A stretch of DNA of 64,000 bases from an uncultured Spirochaetota bacterium (GTDB lineage: Bacteria > Spirochaetota > Spirochaetia > SZUA-6 > Fen-1364), in assembly GCA_963781885.1 (NCBI GenBank), contig CAWAHW010000001.1, positions 64,001-128,000 on the forward strand. Direction: 5' to 3'. This document shows positions 9,483 to 19,873 of this stretch, piece after piece. The first letter of the stretch is position 1, and every line of letters starts with the position of its first letter. The position numbers were made by a program, and so were the translations under genes. The notes under the pieces were generated by a model. It made no database searches, was not told the origin of the DNA, and saw only the letters and a program-made list of their open reading frames with translations.

Positions 9483-10100
9483 ATGCAACATGAGGAGACG
9501 AATCAGATGCCCCAAGAGTCTGCTGAATCCAACGGACAGGACCCGGTTCCGGGACTGCGGTTCCGCCCCGTCACGACGAAGACCCTCGGTGACCTCGCCT
9601 CTTTCCGGCTCTCGCACAGGACATTCGGCAGTTGCTCCTGCATGCGGTGGCGCATGCGACGTACAGAGTTTTCGCGCACGACGAAGAGCGTGCGCTGCGT
9701 CGCCTTCGACGGGCTCGTGGCGGCAGGCATACCGGTCGGTGTCCTGGGCTATGTTGATGACGTCCCGATCGGGTGGTGCTCCATCGCACCCATCGAATCC
9801 TTTGCCGGCCTGGACGGACAGGCGTCCGCCGACGCGCGGAACGAAGAGCACGTCTGGGCGGTGACCTGTTTTTACGTCGACTACCGTCATCGCCGGCAGG
9901 GTGTCGCGCTCCATCTCCTGCGCGCCGCGGTCGAATACGCGTGGGCCGAGGGCGCGAAGGTCATCGAGGGATACCCTAACGAATCGGCGCATCACCCACA
10001 TGGTTTCATGGGAACGCCGGCCGTGTTTCGCCGGGCGGGCTTCCGTGAGGCGACCCCGCCGGGGAAAAAGAAACGCGTCATGCGGAATATCGTCGGGTGA
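9483..10100 (+). CDS. GNAT family acetyltransferase
   Basis: CSCMRWR, PIGWCSIAP, WAVTCFYV...RRQGVA..LL.AAVEYA...GA.VIEGYP; start codon uncertain. Confidence 0.85.
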   Translation: MQHEETNQMPQESAESNGQDPVPGLRFRPVTTKTLGDLASFRLSHRTFGSCSCMRWRMRRTEFSRTTKSVRCVAFDGLVAAGIPVGVLGYVDDVPIGWCSIAPIESFAGLDGQASADARNEEHVWAVTCFYVDYRHRRQGVALHLLRAAVEYAWAEGAKVIEGYPNESAHHPHGFMGTPAVFRRAGFREATPPGKKKRVMRNIVG

Positions 10101-10224
10101 GGATTATGACAAATATGTATGAATGATGGATAGATGCTACAACTCCGTATCTTCCTGCAGAGGGCGCCCATTGAAGGCGCCCGCAAATGCCCATGAAAAG
10201 GCATGAAAACGGCCCCGGGCTGCT

Positions 10225-10240
10225 TGGCACAATTCTTGCT
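10225..10240 (+). promoter_or_regulatory. Sigma-54 (-24/-12) promoter of amtB-glnK
   Basis: TGGCAC-AATTC-TTGCT is an exact consensus match, 50 bp upstream of the amtB ATG. Imperfect palindromes GCGCCCATTGAAGGCGC and TGCCCATGAAAAGGCA at about 10164-10203 may be activator sites. Confidence 0.88.
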
Positions 10241-10290
10241 AAAAGCCTCTATCCCCCGCCGAGGCGGACAAGGGATCGAAGGAGGTTTCT

Positions 10291-11844
10291 ATGCGAAGGG
10301 CCGGTCTACGGAAGCTTATCGTGCCGGGCATCGTGATGTTCCTGGTCTTCGTCGTCAATGGAATTGCGTCGGCCCAGACGAACGGACCCACACTCGGTGA
10401 CCTGGCAACTTCCACGAATATCATGTGGACCTTCATCACGGGGTTCCTCGTGTTCTTCATGCAGGCGGGCTTCGCGCTGGTCGAGACGGGATTCACCCGT
10501 TCGAAGAACGTTGCCCACACGATGATGATGAACATGATGGTCTTCTGCATTGGCGCGCTTGGATACTGGCTTGTCGGCTTCGCCTTCCAGTTCGGCGGCG
10601 TGGGCTTCACCTTCCCCGCCATCGGCGCAAAGGCGGCCAACAGCTTCGGTCCCAGCACGCTGGGTGACTTCGGCAGTCACCTGAGTACGTGGTTGATCCG
10701 ATTCGGACAGACCGGCATCCTGGGCGGTGACGGCTTCCTTCTCACGAAGGGCGTCCGCGACGTGAGCGGCATCCTTGCCTTCTTCCTCTTCCAGATGGTG
10801 TTCATGGACACCGCGGCAACAATCCCGACTGGCGCCATGGCGGAGCGGCTGAAATTCACCGGCTTTGTCCTGATGGGCCTCTGGGTGAGCATGGTGATCT
10901 ACCCGCTCGTGGGCAACTGGGTCTGGGGCGGCGGCTGGTTGGCCAACCTCGGGCGCACCGCGGGCCTGGGAAACGGGGCAGTGGACTTTGCCGGATCCGG
11001 CGTCGTGCACATGATCGGAGGCGCAGTGGCACTTGCCGGAGCGGTCGCCATCGGCCCGCGCATCGGCAGGTTCAACAAGGACGGAACGGCCAACGCGATG
11101 CCCGGGCACAACATCCCCCTTGGCGTCCTGGGAACGATCATACTGTTCTTCGGCTGGTTCGGCTTCAACCCCGGTTCATCGCTTGCATTCGTCGGCGGCG
11201 GACAGAATCTTGCCGCGAACGCGGCAGTCAACACGCTCCTTGCGGGTGGTGCGGGCGGCGTCTCGGCGATGCTCTACATGTGGTGGTTCGGACCCACCAA
11301 GAAGCCTGACCCGAGTCTCTCGGTCAACGGCGTCCTTGCAGGGTTGGTCGCCATCACTTCACCCTGCGCTTTCGTGAACGCCACCGGCGCCGTGGCAATC
11401 GGGCTGATCGCAGGAGTGATCGTCTGCCTCGCCGTCTTCCTTCTTGAACGGCTCCACATCGACGACCCCGTGGGTGCCGTTCCCGTGCACTTCTTCAACG
11501 GCATCTGGGGCCTGCTCTCGGTCGGCATCTTCGCGGACAAGGGTGCGAGCTCCGCAGGTTGGAACGGCGTGGACGGACCCGTCACGGGGCTCCTGTTCGG
11601 CGGTGGGACGCAGATCCTTGCACAGCTCTTGGAGGTCGCGTCGATCTTCGTGGTTGTCGGCGGGCTTTCCTTCCTGTTCTTCAAGCTCCTGTCGGCGTTG
11701 AAGCTCCTTCGCAGCGAGCCCGAGCACGAGCTCATGGGGCTGGACATGCCGGAGATGGGCGCGCAGGGTTACAGCAACATCGACGTGCATACGCACGGTA
11801 TCCGCCTGACGAGACCCGAAGTGCGCGCCGCGGGCCGTGAGTGA
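10291..11844 (+). CDS. amtB: Ammonium transporter
   Basis: FFMQAGFALVETG, FQMVF, GAMAER, DFAGSGVVH, GWFGFNPGS, NGVLAGLVAIT, IDDPVGAVPVH (both conserved His present). Confidence 0.97.
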   Translation: MRRAGLRKLIVPGIVMFLVFVVNGIASAQTNGPTLGDLATSTNIMWTFITGFLVFFMQAGFALVETGFTRSKNVAHTMMMNMMVFCIGALGYWLVGFAFQFGGVGFTFPAIGAKAANSFGPSTLGDFGSHLSTWLIRFGQTGILGGDGFLLTKGVRDVSGILAFFLFQMVFMDTAATIPTGAMAERLKFTGFVLMGLWVSMVIYPLVGNWVWGGGWLANLGRTAGLGNGAVDFAGSGVVHMIGGAVALAGAVAIGPRIGRFNKDGTANAMPGHNIPLGVLGTIILFFGWFGFNPGSSLAFVGGGQNLAANAAVNTLLAGGAGGVSAMLYMWWFGPTKKPDPSLSVNGVLAGLVAITSPCAFVNATGAVAIGLIAGVIVCLAVFLLERLHIDDPVGAVPVHFFNGIWGLLSVGIFADKGASSAGWNGVDGPVTGLLFGGGTQILAQLLEVASIFVVVGGLSFLFFKLLSALKLLRSEPEHELMGLDMPEMGAQGYSNIDVHTHGIRLTRPEVRAAGRE

Positions 11845-11857
11845 AAGGAGGATTGCA

Positions 11858-12244
11858 ATGACCAGGAAAATAGAAGCAATCATACGCGAAGAGGCTCTGG
11901 ATGCGGTGAAGGATGCTCTGCACGATATCGGAATCGTGGGCATGAACGTCTTCGAGATCCGTGGGCATGGGCGCCAGGGAGGCATTCCGCTCTCCTGGCG
12001 GGGCACCTCCTACAAAATGGACCTCATCCCCAAGGTGCAGCTCAACATCATCCTGAGCGACAACAACGTGGACAAGACCATCGATGCGATCGTGAAGGCG
12101 GCCCGCACGGGAAACGAAGGCGACGGCATAATCTTCGTCTACCCCGTGGAGGACGTCGTGCGCATCCGCACGGGTGAGCGGGGGCACCAGGCGATCATGT
12201 ACCCCGACGACATCGACACGAAGGCGGGAAAGAAGGGCAAGTAA
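11858..12244 (+). CDS. glnK: Nitrogen regulatory protein P-II
   Basis: KIEAIIR, RGHGRQ, T-loop Tyr (RGTSY), ARTGNEGDGIIFV, RIRTGE; adjacent to amtB. Confidence 0.93.
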   Translation: MTRKIEAIIREEALDAVKDALHDIGIVGMNVFEIRGHGRQGGIPLSWRGTSYKMDLIPKVQLNIILSDNNVDKTIDAIVKAARTGNEGDGIIFVYPVEDVVRIRTGERGHQAIMYPDDIDTKAGKKGK

Positions 12245-12272
12245 GAAGCCCCTTTTCATTGGGAATGGACCC

Positions 12273-12314
12273 GCGGCGGACGTGCGACCCTCCTCGACCG
12301 TCCGCCGCTTTCTT
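12273..12314 (+). terminator. Probable intrinsic terminator after glnK
   Basis: GCGGCGGACG...CGTCCGCCGC stem followed by TTTCTT. Confidence 0.6.
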
Positions 12315-12386
12315 GTCCCCGGGGTTACGGGGCCGGCTTGCCTCGGGCGCGCCTGTCCCGGTATTGTAACATCAGGCGATCCCGCC

Positions 12387-14516
12387 ATGGCGAAAGAGAA
12401 ACAGGACAGGCTTCCGTCCCCCGACGTCGACGCGCCGACCCCGGACCCGTCCGACGAAGCGCTCGACATGCTGCGGAAATCAATCGATATCGCTTACGAC
12501 GCGGCGTTCTGGCTCGATGGGACCGGGAGGTTCGTCTACGTCAACCAGTCCGCGTGCCACTCCGTTGGATACACGCGGGAAGAGCTCCTGTCGATGCATC
12601 TTTCCGACGTCAACCTGACGTCGCCGCCGGGCGGTTGGGAGGTCATGCTCGATCGGGTCCGGAAAGTCGGCACCGTGCGCATGGAATCGGAGCATCGCCG
12701 CAAGGACGGCACGGTGTTTCCGGTGGAAATCGTCTCGACGTATGTCGTTGTCGGCGGGCATGGATACGTGAACGGGTTCGCGCGCGACATCACCCAGCGC
12801 AAGCAGGCTGAGACGGCGCTGCGGCAGCGCATCGACGAGCTTTCCGCGCTCCAGTCCACGGTGCTGGAGATCACGGCCCCGCATGAGCTCTCCGATCTCC
12901 TCCAGACCATCGTCGAAAGGGCGGCGCGCCTTCTCAACGCGGACGGCGGGGCGCTCTACCTCTGCGATTCACAGACGCAGGCGGCGCGCTGCGTCGTGAG
13001 CTACAATACGCCGCGCGACTTTTCCGGCACGGTCCTGAAATACGGCGAGGGCGCCGCCGGCATCGTGTGGAAAACCGGCGAACCCCTGCTCATCGACGAC
13101 TACCGGACATGGAACGGGCGCGCCGCCACCTTCGACAGCGAGCAGCCCTTCCGCGCCGTGGCCACTGCCCCCCTGCTCTGGCGGGGCGACGTGACGGGCG
13201 TCATCCACGCGCTGCGCTTCCGGGACAGCAACCCCTTCACCCCGGACGACCTGGGGCTCCTCACTCTTTTTGCCAATCATGCCGCCATTGCCGCGGAGAA
13301 CGCGCGGCTGCGGGAGGGTCTCCGCCGCGAGCTGGCCGAGCACAAACGCAGCGAGGAGCAGCGCATCGCCCTGGAGCGCCGGATGCTCTCCGCGCAGAAA
13401 CTCGAGGGTCTGGGGCTGCTCGCGGGTGGCGTGGCCCACGATTTCAACAACATGCTCGCCGTGATCATCGGCTACGCGGAGATGCTGAAGAGCACGCTGC
13501 CGGCGCTCTCCGACGCGCGGACGAGCGTCGATGAGATCATCATGGCGGCGGGCCGGTCGCGCGACCTCACGAAGAAGCTGCTCGCCATCGGCCGCCGGCA
13601 GGCGCTCGCCATGGAGCCTCTGGACCTGAACCAGGTGATCCGCGGCTCCGAGAATCTCCTGCGGCGCACCGTGCGGGAAAACATCGCCATCGAACTGCGC
13701 GCGGCCCCTTCCCTTGCGCGGGTGATGGCCGACGGCGGACAGATCGAGCAGGTCATCCTGAATCTCGCCGCGAACGCGCAGGATGCCATGCCCCAGGGCG
13801 GGACGCTCCTCTTTGAAACGCGCGACCTGGTCCTGGAGGAAGCCGCCGCCGCGGAGCGCGAGATCGCGCCCGGCAGATGCGTGCTTCTGTCAGTGAAGGA
13901 CACGGGGTACGGCATGACCACGGAGACGCTGGGAAAGATATTCGATCCGTTCTTCACCACCAAGGACGAGGGAAAGGGAACGGGCCTGGGGCTATCGACC
14001 GTCTACGGCATCGTGAAACAGCACAATGGCAGCATCGACGTCCAGAGCGAGCCGGGCGCGGGGACTCGATTCGACATCTACTTTCCCGGCACCGAGGCGC
14101 CGAGCCTTCAGAAAAGCAATGAAGAACAGCGAAAGCCCGAGAAGGGCGCCGAGACAATACTCGTGGTGGAGGACCAGGACCAGCTGCGGAAGCTCGTCTG
14201 CCGCCAGCTCAGCACCGGCGGCTACACCATACTCGATGCGCGGGACGGCGCGTCCGCCCTCCAGGCGGCCTCGAATCACGCCGGCCCCATCCACCTCCTG
14301 GTCACCGACGTCGTGCTGCCCGGCGTGAACGGCAGGGAGATCTTCGACCGCCTGCGTGAAGAGCGCGGAGACCTGAAGGTGATCTATATGTCCGGCTACG
14401 CGGGCGACATCCTGAACGAAAGCGGCATCACGCCCGAAGGCGTCGACCTGATCCAGAAGCCGTTCCGTTTGCACGATCTTGCCGCAAAGGTGCGCGACGT
14501 GCTGAACCGTGACTGA
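12387..14516 (+). CDS. PAS-GAF hybrid histidine kinase with receiver domain (CckA-like)
   Basis: PAS, GAF, AGGVAHDFNN H-box, NLAANAQDAM, FFTTK..GKGTGLGL, receiver LLVTDVVLP. Confidence 0.95.
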   Translation: MAKEKQDRLPSPDVDAPTPDPSDEALDMLRKSIDIAYDAAFWLDGTGRFVYVNQSACHSVGYTREELLSMHLSDVNLTSPPGGWEVMLDRVRKVGTVRMESEHRRKDGTVFPVEIVSTYVVVGGHGYVNGFARDITQRKQAETALRQRIDELSALQSTVLEITAPHELSDLLQTIVERAARLLNADGGALYLCDSQTQAARCVVSYNTPRDFSGTVLKYGEGAAGIVWKTGEPLLIDDYRTWNGRAATFDSEQPFRAVATAPLLWRGDVTGVIHALRFRDSNPFTPDDLGLLTLFANHAAIAAENARLREGLRRELAEHKRSEEQRIALERRMLSAQKLEGLGLLAGGVAHDFNNMLAVIIGYAEMLKSTLPALSDARTSVDEIIMAAGRSRDLTKKLLAIGRRQALAMEPLDLNQVIRGSENLLRRTVRENIAIELRAAPSLARVMADGGQIEQVILNLAANAQDAMPQGGTLLFETRDLVLEEAAAAEREIAPGRCVLLSVKDTGYGMTTETLGKIFDPFFTTKDEGKGTGLGLSTVYGIVKQHNGSIDVQSEPGAGTRFDIYFPGTEAPSLQKSNEEQRKPEKGAETILVVEDQDQLRKLVCRQLSTGGYTILDARDGASALQAASNHAGPIHLLVTDVVLPGVNGREIFDRLREERGDLKVIYMSGYAGDILNESGITPEGVDLIQKPFRLHDLAAKVRDVLNRD

Positions 14517-14530
14517 GAAGCGAGAAAACA

Positions 14531-17500
14531 ATGCGTCGTTGGATCGGTCGTATCGTTCATCCACCCGTCTTTTCCGATGCCGAGCGGACCCGGCGGGCAA
14601 ATGCACTGCGGGCCTGTCTGGCGGCGTATCTCCTGATCGCCGTCATCGGTATTGCGCTGGCTCCCTTCGTGGCGGTTCCCCCGGTCGCGAGCGCGATTTT
14701 TCTTTCCTGCGTTCTGCTCGGCCTTGCGGGCGCCTTCTTGCTTGCCAGTCTCGGACGGGTGACCGCCGCTGCCTTTCTCTTTCCCTTCATCCTCTGGTGC
14801 GCGCTGGCCCTGCTCGGGTTGTTCGGGGGCGGCCTGCGCAGCTTCGCCTTTCCCCTTTTCGGGCTCGTCGTGCTTCTCTCCAGCCTCCTGGTCGGACCAA
14901 GAGGCGACGCAATCTTCATCCCGCTGAGCATCGGGGCAGGCGCAGTCTTCTACTATCTTGACGCGCGCGGCCTTCTGCCCACGCCGTTTTTCGCTCCGAA
15001 CCCCCTGGCGCTCGGCGTTGTGCTGGCCGTGGGATGGTTCCTGACCGGCAGCGCGATCTTCCTCTCCCGCCGGGGCCCCCTGGACCTCATCATCGGGGCG
15101 CGGCGCAGCAACGCTTTCCTCATCGAGCAGACCCGGCAGCTTCGGACCGAGATCGAGCAGCGCCGCGAGGCGGAGGTCGTCGCGGAAGCGCGGACCCGCA
15201 GCCTGATCGCGGCAAGCAGGATGGCGGTGCAATGCGCCACGGCGCCCCGGGGAAGCGACCCGCTGCTGCTGATCGCGGAGCAGATCCACGAGGTGACGGG
15301 CGCGGTCGGCACGGTCATATCGACCTACGACCCCGACCGGCGGGAATTGCACGTCCGGCAGGTCGTCGTCCGCGACCCCCTCCGCAGGCTCGGCGAACGG
15401 ATCGTCGGCGGCGGCGCGCAGGGAATGGTCGTGCCCGTGCCGCCCGAACAGGTGGAACGGATGCTCCGCAGCGGGGTCGTGGAGACGACCGATCTTGCGG
15501 AGGTCACGTTCGGCGCGATACCTCCTTCCGTTGCATTTGCGCTGAAGAAGGCCCTGCATATCGAGCGCTTCACGGGCTTCGCGCTGCACGACGCGGACCG
15601 GATACTCGCGACGGTGCTCGTGGGACTGGCGCCGGGCACGCCGCACCTCGATCCCGAGGTGACGGAGATATTCAGTACGGTGGCGACGATGCTCCTGCGC
15701 GAGCAGAGAGCGGAAGACGTCGTGCGGGAATCCGAAAGCCGGTTCAAGGAAATGGTGGACCAGCTTCCCCAGCCGGTCGTCGAGCTGGACGCGGCGGGCG
15801 CGCTGATCTTTGCCAACGAGATGGCGCGTGAGGTCTTCGGCGGCGCGGGACGCGACGCGCAGGCGATGCGGCCATTCGACATGGTGGTGCCCCGGGACCG
15901 GCGCGCCGCGCGCGCGGAGTTTGCCTCCGTTCGCGCCGGACGTATCCAGAGGAGAACCGAGTTCACGTGCGTGCGGGCCGACGGGAGCCCGTTCACGGCC
16001 GTCATCTCGGCCCGGCCGATCCGCCGCGGCAATCGCGTGAGCGGCGTGCGGGGCGTCATTGCCGATGTCTCATCGGTTCGGAAAGCGGAAGAAGACGCGC
16101 GCGATTCGCGGCGCATGCTCCAGCTCGTCCTCGATCTCATTCCCCAGTCGATCTTCTGGAAGGATACGAAATCGCGGTATCTCGGCTGCAACGGCGTCTT
16201 TGCCGAGATGGCCGGTCTTGCCCGTCCCGAGGACGTCGTCGGGCTCACGGACGATGATTTGCTCTGGTCCGGCGAGGCGGAAAGCTATCGTGAGATCGAC
16301 ATGCAGGTTCTCACGTCGGGGAGCCCCCGGGACCAGTACGTGCAGACGATGGTGACGAACGCGGGGGAAAACCGACAGGTCAGGGTCAGCAAGCTGCCCC
16401 TGCGCAGCGCCGACGGAACGCTGCTCGGCGTGCTGGGCGTGGCGGAGGACATCACGGCATGGATCAGCAGCGAGGCGGAGAGGCTCCTCCTGGGCACCGC
16501 GATAGAGAAGGCCGTGGAAAGCGTGGTCATCACGGACGCGGCCGGTGCCATAGAATACGTCAACCCCGTGTTCCTGAAAAACTTCGGCTACACGCGGGAG
16601 GAGGTGCTCGGCCGCAACCCGAGGCTCCTGAAGAGCGGACGGCATGACGAGGAATACTATCGAGAGCTCTGGGCGACAATAGACGCGGGGAAGGTCTGGC
16701 AGGGGAAGTTCTACAACCTGCGCAAGGACCGGTCCCTGCTCATCGAGGAGGCCATCATCAGCCCCGTGCTGGGGCCGGGCGGCACGGCGTCGCATTTCGT
16801 GAAGGTGGCCCGCGACGTCACCTACGAGATGAGCCTGGAGGAGCGCTTCCAGCAGGCGCAGAAGATGGAAGCCGTCGGGCGGCTTGCCGGCGGGATGGCG
16901 CACGACTTCAACAACATCCTCACCGTGATCTCGGGCTACAGCGAGATCCTGGACCGCACGCTCGGCAATGACGGCCAGGGCCGCGACGAAATACGGGCCA
17001 TCATCGACGCGGCGGCGCGGGCGAGCACGCTGACCGGGCAGCTCCTTGCCTTCAGCCGCAAGCAGAAGCTTCAGCCGCAGGTCATCGAGCTGAACGCGGT
17101 GGTCCGCGGCATCGAGCAGATGCTGCGCCGCCTGATCGGGGAGGACGTCGACCTCACGACGGAGCTCGTGCCCTTCGCGGGCAATGTCTTTGTCGACAAG
17201 GGGCAAATCGAACAGGTGATCCTGAATCTCGCGGTGAATGCGCGCGACGCCATGCCCAAGGGCGGCCACCTCCACCTGCAGACCCGTACGGTGCAGCCCG
17301 ACGAGGCACTGCTCGACGCGCACGTGAACGCGGCCCCCGGGCCGTACGCGGTCCTGGAGGTGACGGACACGGGGACGGGCATGACGGAGGAGGTGAAGGC
17401 GCACCTGTTCGAGCCATTCTTCACCACGAAGCCCGAGCACAAGGGAACGGGGCTCGGGCTCGCCACCGTCTATGGGATCGTGGCGCAAAGCGGCGGATTC

Positions 17501-17986
17501 ATCGAGGTCGACAGCAGGGTGGATGTCGGCACCCGTTTCCAGATCTACATTCCCCTCACCCAGGCCGCGGAAACCGCGCGCACGAAAACCCGGCATGAAG
17601 GGCCGTCCGCCGGGAGGATGGAGAACATCCTGCTCGTGGAGGACGACCCCGCCATCCGCAAGCTGCTGCTGCGGTCGCTGCGGGAGAGCGGCTATGCCGT
17701 GAAGGAGGCTGCCGACGGCGCGCGGGCTCTGGAGATACTGCGGCGGGAGCCGGGGTCCATCAACCTGCTCGTCACGGACGTCATCATGCCCGACAGGAGC
17801 GGGCCCGAGCTCGCGGATGTCGTGCGCCGGGAACAGCCCGGCATCAAGGTGCTCTTCATCTCGGGCTACACGTCCAACGAAACGGTGGAGTACGGCGTTC
17901 TCGGCAGCGAGCTCAACCTGCTGCAGAAGCCCTTCAGCATGCAGGAATTGTCGCGGAGGGTGCGGGAAACCCTGGATCGCGCCTGA
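14531..17986 (+). CDS. Membrane-bound multi-PAS hybrid histidine kinase
   Basis: N-terminal TM helices, GAF-like region, three PAS domains, AGGMAHDFNN, GTGLGL, C-terminal receiver. Confidence 0.95.
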   Translation: MRRWIGRIVHPPVFSDAERTRRANALRACLAAYLLIAVIGIALAPFVAVPPVASAIFLSCVLLGLAGAFLLASLGRVTAAAFLFPFILWCALALLGLFGGGLRSFAFPLFGLVVLLSSLLVGPRGDAIFIPLSIGAGAVFYYLDARGLLPTPFFAPNPLALGVVLAVGWFLTGSAIFLSRRGPLDLIIGARRSNAFLIEQTRQLRTEIEQRREAEVVAEARTRSLIAASRMAVQCATAPRGSDPLLLIAEQIHEVTGAVGTVISTYDPDRRELHVRQVVVRDPLRRLGERIVGGGAQGMVVPVPPEQVERMLRSGVVETTDLAEVTFGAIPPSVAFALKKALHIERFTGFALHDADRILATVLVGLAPGTPHLDPEVTEIFSTVATMLLREQRAEDVVRESESRFKEMVDQLPQPVVELDAAGALIFANEMAREVFGGAGRDAQAMRPFDMVVPRDRRAARAEFASVRAGRIQRRTEFTCVRADGSPFTAVISARPIRRGNRVSGVRGVIADVSSVRKAEEDARDSRRMLQLVLDLIPQSIFWKDTKSRYLGCNGVFAEMAGLARPEDVVGLTDDDLLWSGEAESYREIDMQVLTSGSPRDQYVQTMVTNAGENRQVRVSKLPLRSADGTLLGVLGVAEDITAWISSEAERLLLGTAIEKAVESVVITDAAGAIEYVNPVFLKNFGYTREEVLGRNPRLLKSGRHDEEYYRELWATIDAGKVWQGKFYNLRKDRSLLIEEAIISPVLGPGGTASHFVKVARDVTYEMSLEERFQQAQKMEAVGRLAGGMAHDFNNILTVISGYSEILDRTLGNDGQGRDEIRAIIDAAARASTLTGQLLAFSRKQKLQPQVIELNAVVRGIEQMLRRLIGEDVDLTTELVPFAGNVFVDKGQIEQVILNLAVNARDAMPKGGHLHLQTRTVQPDEALLDAHVNAAPGPYAVLEVTDTGTGMTEEVKAHLFEPFFTTKPEHKGTGLGLATVYGIVAQSGGFIEVDSRVDVGTRFQIYIPLTQAAETARTKTRHEGPSAGRMENILLVEDDPAIRKLLLRSLRESGYAVKEAADGARALEILRREPGSINLLVTDVIMPDRSGPELADVVRREQPGIKVLFISGYTSNETVEYGVLGSELNLLQKPFSMQELSRRVRETLDRA

Positions 17987-18019
17987 TCGAAGCGGCGGCT
18001 CCGACGATGGAACGGATGC

Positions 18020-18817
18020 CTACAGGGGCCAGCTCCAGAAGACGTGGCTCGCGGAGGCCGCCGCGGGGAAGAGCAGCGGCAGGAGCCCGTCGAGGGTCAC
18101 GTTGCCGGCCTCCGCGGCCATGACGGCCAGGAATGCAATCTCTGCAAGCTCGATTGTCGCGCCCAGCACGTCACCGGTGCAGCCGCCGATCTTTCGCCAG
18201 GCGAGCAGCCAGAATATGGCGATAGCGATGAATGCCGCGGCCGCGGGAATCGGAGTGATGCAGGCGATCATGGCCAGGATCAGCCCCGCGCCGATGGCGA
18301 GCGGCAGCGACACCGTGGACCCGGGCCGAAGTATCCCCCCCTCGCTTCGCACATAGGGCAGAAGCTTCATGCCGACAACCACCGCAGTACGGGAAAGCAT
18401 CGCCGACAAGGGAAAGGCAATCAGCAGGGCGGCCGCTGGCAGCAAGGAGAGTGAGGCGAAACGGGCAAGGAGCGACAGGCCGATTGCCGCGCCGCCCATG
18501 GTGCCGATACGCGGGTCCTTGAGTATTTCCAGCACCCGGGCCCTGTCGCGCCTGCCGTAAAATGCATCCGCGCAGTCGGCCAGGCCGTCGAGGTGGATGC
18601 CGCCGGTCAGGAAGAGGTTCAGGGCAACGAGCGCGACAGCGGCCAGAAGGCCGGGCAGGATCGCGCACAGCCCCGCGGATGCCGCAGCGAGAAGAACGCC
18701 GATGAGAAAGCCGGCAAGGGGATAGCCGGCGAACATGGCGTTGGGATCCTCCGCGGTGAGCCTTCGGGGGATCGGTATGATCGTGAGGAACGAGAGCGCG
18801 GAAAAGAACCGCCGCAT
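18020..18817 (-). CDS. cobS: Adenosylcobinamide-GDP ribazoletransferase (cobalamin synthase)
   Basis: FLTIIP, LTGGIHLDGLADCADA, ILKDPRIG, KIGGCTGDVLGA. Confidence 0.95.
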   Translation of the reverse strand: MRRFFSALSFLTIIPIPRRLTAEDPNAMFAGYPLAGFLIGVLLAAASAGLCAILPGLLAAVALVALNLFLTGGIHLDGLADCADAFYGRRDRARVLEILKDPRIGTMGGAAIGLSLLARFASLSLLPAAALLIAFPLSAMLSRTAVVVGMKLLPYVRSEGGILRPGSTVSLPLAIGAGLILAMIACITPIPAAAAFIAIAIFWLLAWRKIGGCTGDVLGATIELAEIAFLAVMAAEAGNVTLDGLLPLLFPAAASASHVFWSWPL

Positions 18818-19873
18818 CAATGCCCGGTCACGCCGGCCTCGGCGAATGTGGCCATCTCGCGTATCACCTTTGCCCCCGCCTCAATGATCGGCATGGCCAG
18901 CGCGCATCCCGTTCCTTCGCCCAGACGCATGCCGAGGTCGAGGATCGGCCGAAGCCCCATGCGCGCGAGCATGGCCGCCTGCGCCTGCTCCACCGAGCGA
19001 TGCGCGGCGAACATGTAGTCGCTCACGTGGGGAGCAAGCATCCATGCGATCATGGCCCCGGCCGCGGAGATCACCCCGTCGATCACCACCGGCACCCTGC
19101 TCTGCGCCGCGCCGAGCACGAGGCCCGCAATGCCGCCGATTTCGAAGCCCCCCACCTTGGACAGGATGTCGAGGGCATCCGAGGGGTCGGGCCGGTTGCG
19201 GTCGAGCGCGTCCATGAGCACTTTCACCTTGCGCGTCCTGCCCTCGTCGTCCAGTCCCGTGCCCCGGCCGGCAAGCTCCGCCGCGGTGCCTCCCGTGGTG
19301 ACGATGGCAATCGCCGTGGAAGGCGTGGTGTTGCCGATGCCCATGTCGCCCGTGCCCAGCATGCGCACGCCTTCGCCGGCAAGCCGGCGCGCGATTGCCG
19401 CCCCACGCTCGATGCTGTCCAGCGCCTGGCCGCGGCTCATCGCCGGGCCCTTGCGCATGTTCGCCGTGCCCGCGGCGACCTTCGAAATCGATCACCTTTC
19501 CCTGCGCCACGAGGTCGCTGAAATCGGCGCGGCAGCCCATGTCGACCACGCACACCTCGATGCCGGCATGCCGGCTCAGGACGTTGATTCCCGCCATGCC
19601 CGCCGCGAAGCCGCGCACCATCTGGCCCGTCACCTCGGGCGGGTAGGCGCTCACCCCTTCGTCGGTCACGCCGTGATCGCCCGCCATCACCACCACCATC
19701 TTGCGCGCAAGACCCATGTTGTCGTAGCCGGTGATGCCTGCCACCTTTTCCCCGAGCTCCAACAGCGTCCCCAAGGCCCGCTTCGGCATAAGGAGCTGCT
19801 CAACCCTGTCCGCCGCCTTTCTCCTGCTTGCCTGGTCCACCGGGGGAACGCGGAACGACAACTCTCTGCTCAT
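18817..19873 (-). CDS. cobT: Nicotinate-nucleotide-dimethylbenzimidazole phosphoribosyltransferase (frameshift near 19485)
   Basis: MAGDHGV..EGVSAYP in one frame; GDMGIGNTT, GRGTG, GGFEI, LGMRLGEGTG in the next. Confidence 0.93.
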
